Shown here: positions 62,338 to 64,000 of the stretch, piece by piece | Layout: each line of letters opens with the position of its first letter | Position numbering within the stretch: position 1 is the first letter of the stretch | DNA from: Eledone cirrhosa | Lineage: Eukaryota | NCBI GenBank assembly: GCA_964016885.1 | Contig: OZ024744.1 | Coordinates: 110,360,001 to 110,424,000, forward strand | Reading direction: 5' to 3' | Length of the DNA: 64,000 nt | Notes under the pieces: generated by a model | Told to the model about the DNA's origin: nothing | Seen by the model: the letters and a program-made list of their open reading frames with translations, nothing else | Database searches by the model: none | Position numbers and translations under genes: made by a program

Positions 62338-64000
62338 CTAAAACTACACAATCCACTATAACTTAACTGGCCCTGAACACAGTAAAACTACACAATCCAC
62401 TATAACTTACCTTGCACTGAAAACAGTAAAACTACACAACCCATTATAACTTACCTTGCTCTGAACACAGTAAAACTACACAATCCACTATAACTTACCT
62501 TGCCCTGAACACAGTAAAACTACACAATCCACTATAACTTACCTTCCATTGAACACAGTAAAACTACACAATCCACTATAATTTACCTTGCCCTGAACAC
62601 AGTAAAACTACAGGATCCACTATAACTTACCTTGCTCTGAACACAGTAAAACTACATAATCCACTATAACTTACCTTGCCCTGAACACAGTAAAACTAAC
62701 ACAATCCACTATAACTTACCTTGCCCTGAACACAGTAAAACTACACAATCCACTATAAATTACGTTGCCCTGAACATACTAAAACTACACAATCTTCTAT
62801 AACTTACCTTGCCCTGAACACAGTAAAACTACACAATCCACTGTAACTTACCATGCCCTGAACACAGTAAAACTACACAATCCACTATAACTTACCTTGC
62901 CCTGAACACAGTAAAACTACACAATCCACTATAACTTACCTTGCCCTGAACACTGTAAAACTACATAATCCACTATAACTTACCTTGCCCTGAAACAGTA
63001 AAACTACACAAACCACTATAACTTACCTTGCACTGAACACAGTAAAACTACACAATCCACTATAACTTACCTTGCCCTGAACACAGTAAAACTACACGAT
63101 CCACTATAAATTACCTTGCCCTGAACACAGTAAAACTACACAATCCACTATAACACACCTTCCCCTGAACACAGTAAAACTACACAATCCACTATAACTT
63201 ACCTTGTCCTGAACACAGTAAAACTGCACAATCCACTATAACTTACCTTGACCTGAACACAGTAAAACTACACAATCCACTATAACTTACCTTGCCCTGA
63301 ACACAGTAAAAGTACATAATCCACTATAACTTACCTTGCTCTGAACACAGTATAACTTACCTTGCTCTGAACACAGTAAAACTACACGATCCAATTTAAC
63401 TTACCTTGCATTGAACACAGTAAAACTACACAATCCACTATAACTTACCTTGCTCTGAACACAGTAAAACTACGTAATCCACTATAACTTACCTTGCCCT
63501 GAACAGAGTAAAACTACACAATCCACTATAACTTACCTTGCCCTGAACACACTAAAACTACACAATCCACTATAACTTAACTGGCCCTGAACACAGTAAA
63601 ACTACACAATCCACTATAACTTACCTTGCACTGAAAACAGTAAAACTACACAACCCATTATAACTTACCTTGCTCTGAACACAGTAAAACTACACAATCC
63701 ACTATAACTTACCTTGCCCTGAACACAGTAAAACTACACAATCCACTATAACTTACCTTCCATTGAACACAGTAAAACTACACAATCCACTATAATTTAC
63801 CTTGCCCTGAACACAGTAAAACTACAGGATCCACTATAACTTACCTTGCTCTGAACACAGTAAAACTACATAATCCACTATAACTTACCTTGCCCTGAAC
63901 ACAGTAAAACTAACACAATCCACTATAACTTACCTTGCCCTGAACACAGTAAAACTACACAATCCACTATAAATTACGTTGCCCTGAACATACTAAAACT
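61990..64000. repeat. Tandem duplication, offset 1214 bp (28 monomers); second copy truncated by the window end
   Basis: CAGGATCC at 62611/63825 and TGCACAATCC at 62011/63225, both offset 1214. Confidence 0.87.

Larger units (their letters stand above)
1..64000. repeat. 44-bp satellite/minisatellite tandem array, about 1,450 monomers, open at both window ends
   Basis: The unit CACTATAACTTACCTTGCCCTGAACACAGTAAAACTACACAATC (perfect copy at 1321-1364) repeats head-to-tail throughout, usually with 0-4 substitutions. There are occasional 43- and 45-bp units and 26-bp deletion units. No inversion or foreign insert was seen. Confidence 0.99.

Noticed and set aside
1-64000. CRISPR array
   Set aside because: There are no unique spacers. 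The entire 44 bp is repeated, and there is no leader or cas gene.
1-64000. Unspliced repeat-protein CDS
   Set aside because: The minus-strand consensus has stops in all three frames within each monomer. The plus-strand stops (positions 6, 21, 30) rotate through frames because 44 is not a multiple of 3, limiting ORFs to about 35 codons. The consensus has no ATG.
1-64000. Canonical telomeric repeat or embedded transposon
   Set aside because: There are no TTAGGG/TTAGG-type short units, terminal inverted repeats, LTRs or non-satellite inserts. A non-canonical long telomeric repeat cannot be tested from this window.

Overview
The whole 64 kb window is one uninterrupted, single-orientation tandem array (satellite DNA, most likely eukaryotic) of a 44-bp monomer, consensus CACTATAACTTACCTTGCCCTGAACACAGTAAAACTACACAATC (about 1,450 copies, about 39% GC, strongly A/C-rich on +). 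I found no genes, RNA genes, transposons or unique sequence. Variant monomers recur in conserved order and define nested higher-order duplications with offsets of about 0.4-5.6 kb. A left domain (to about 28.1 kb) and a right domain carry partly different variant sets. The most striking feature is on the minus strand, where each monomer reads as 3' splice site (TTTTACTGTGTTCAG), a 6-nt exon-like core (GGCAAG) and a consensus 5' splice site (AG|GTAAGT), like a tandemly amplified microexon plus 38-nt intron. Function, organism and transcription cannot be determined from this sequence alone.
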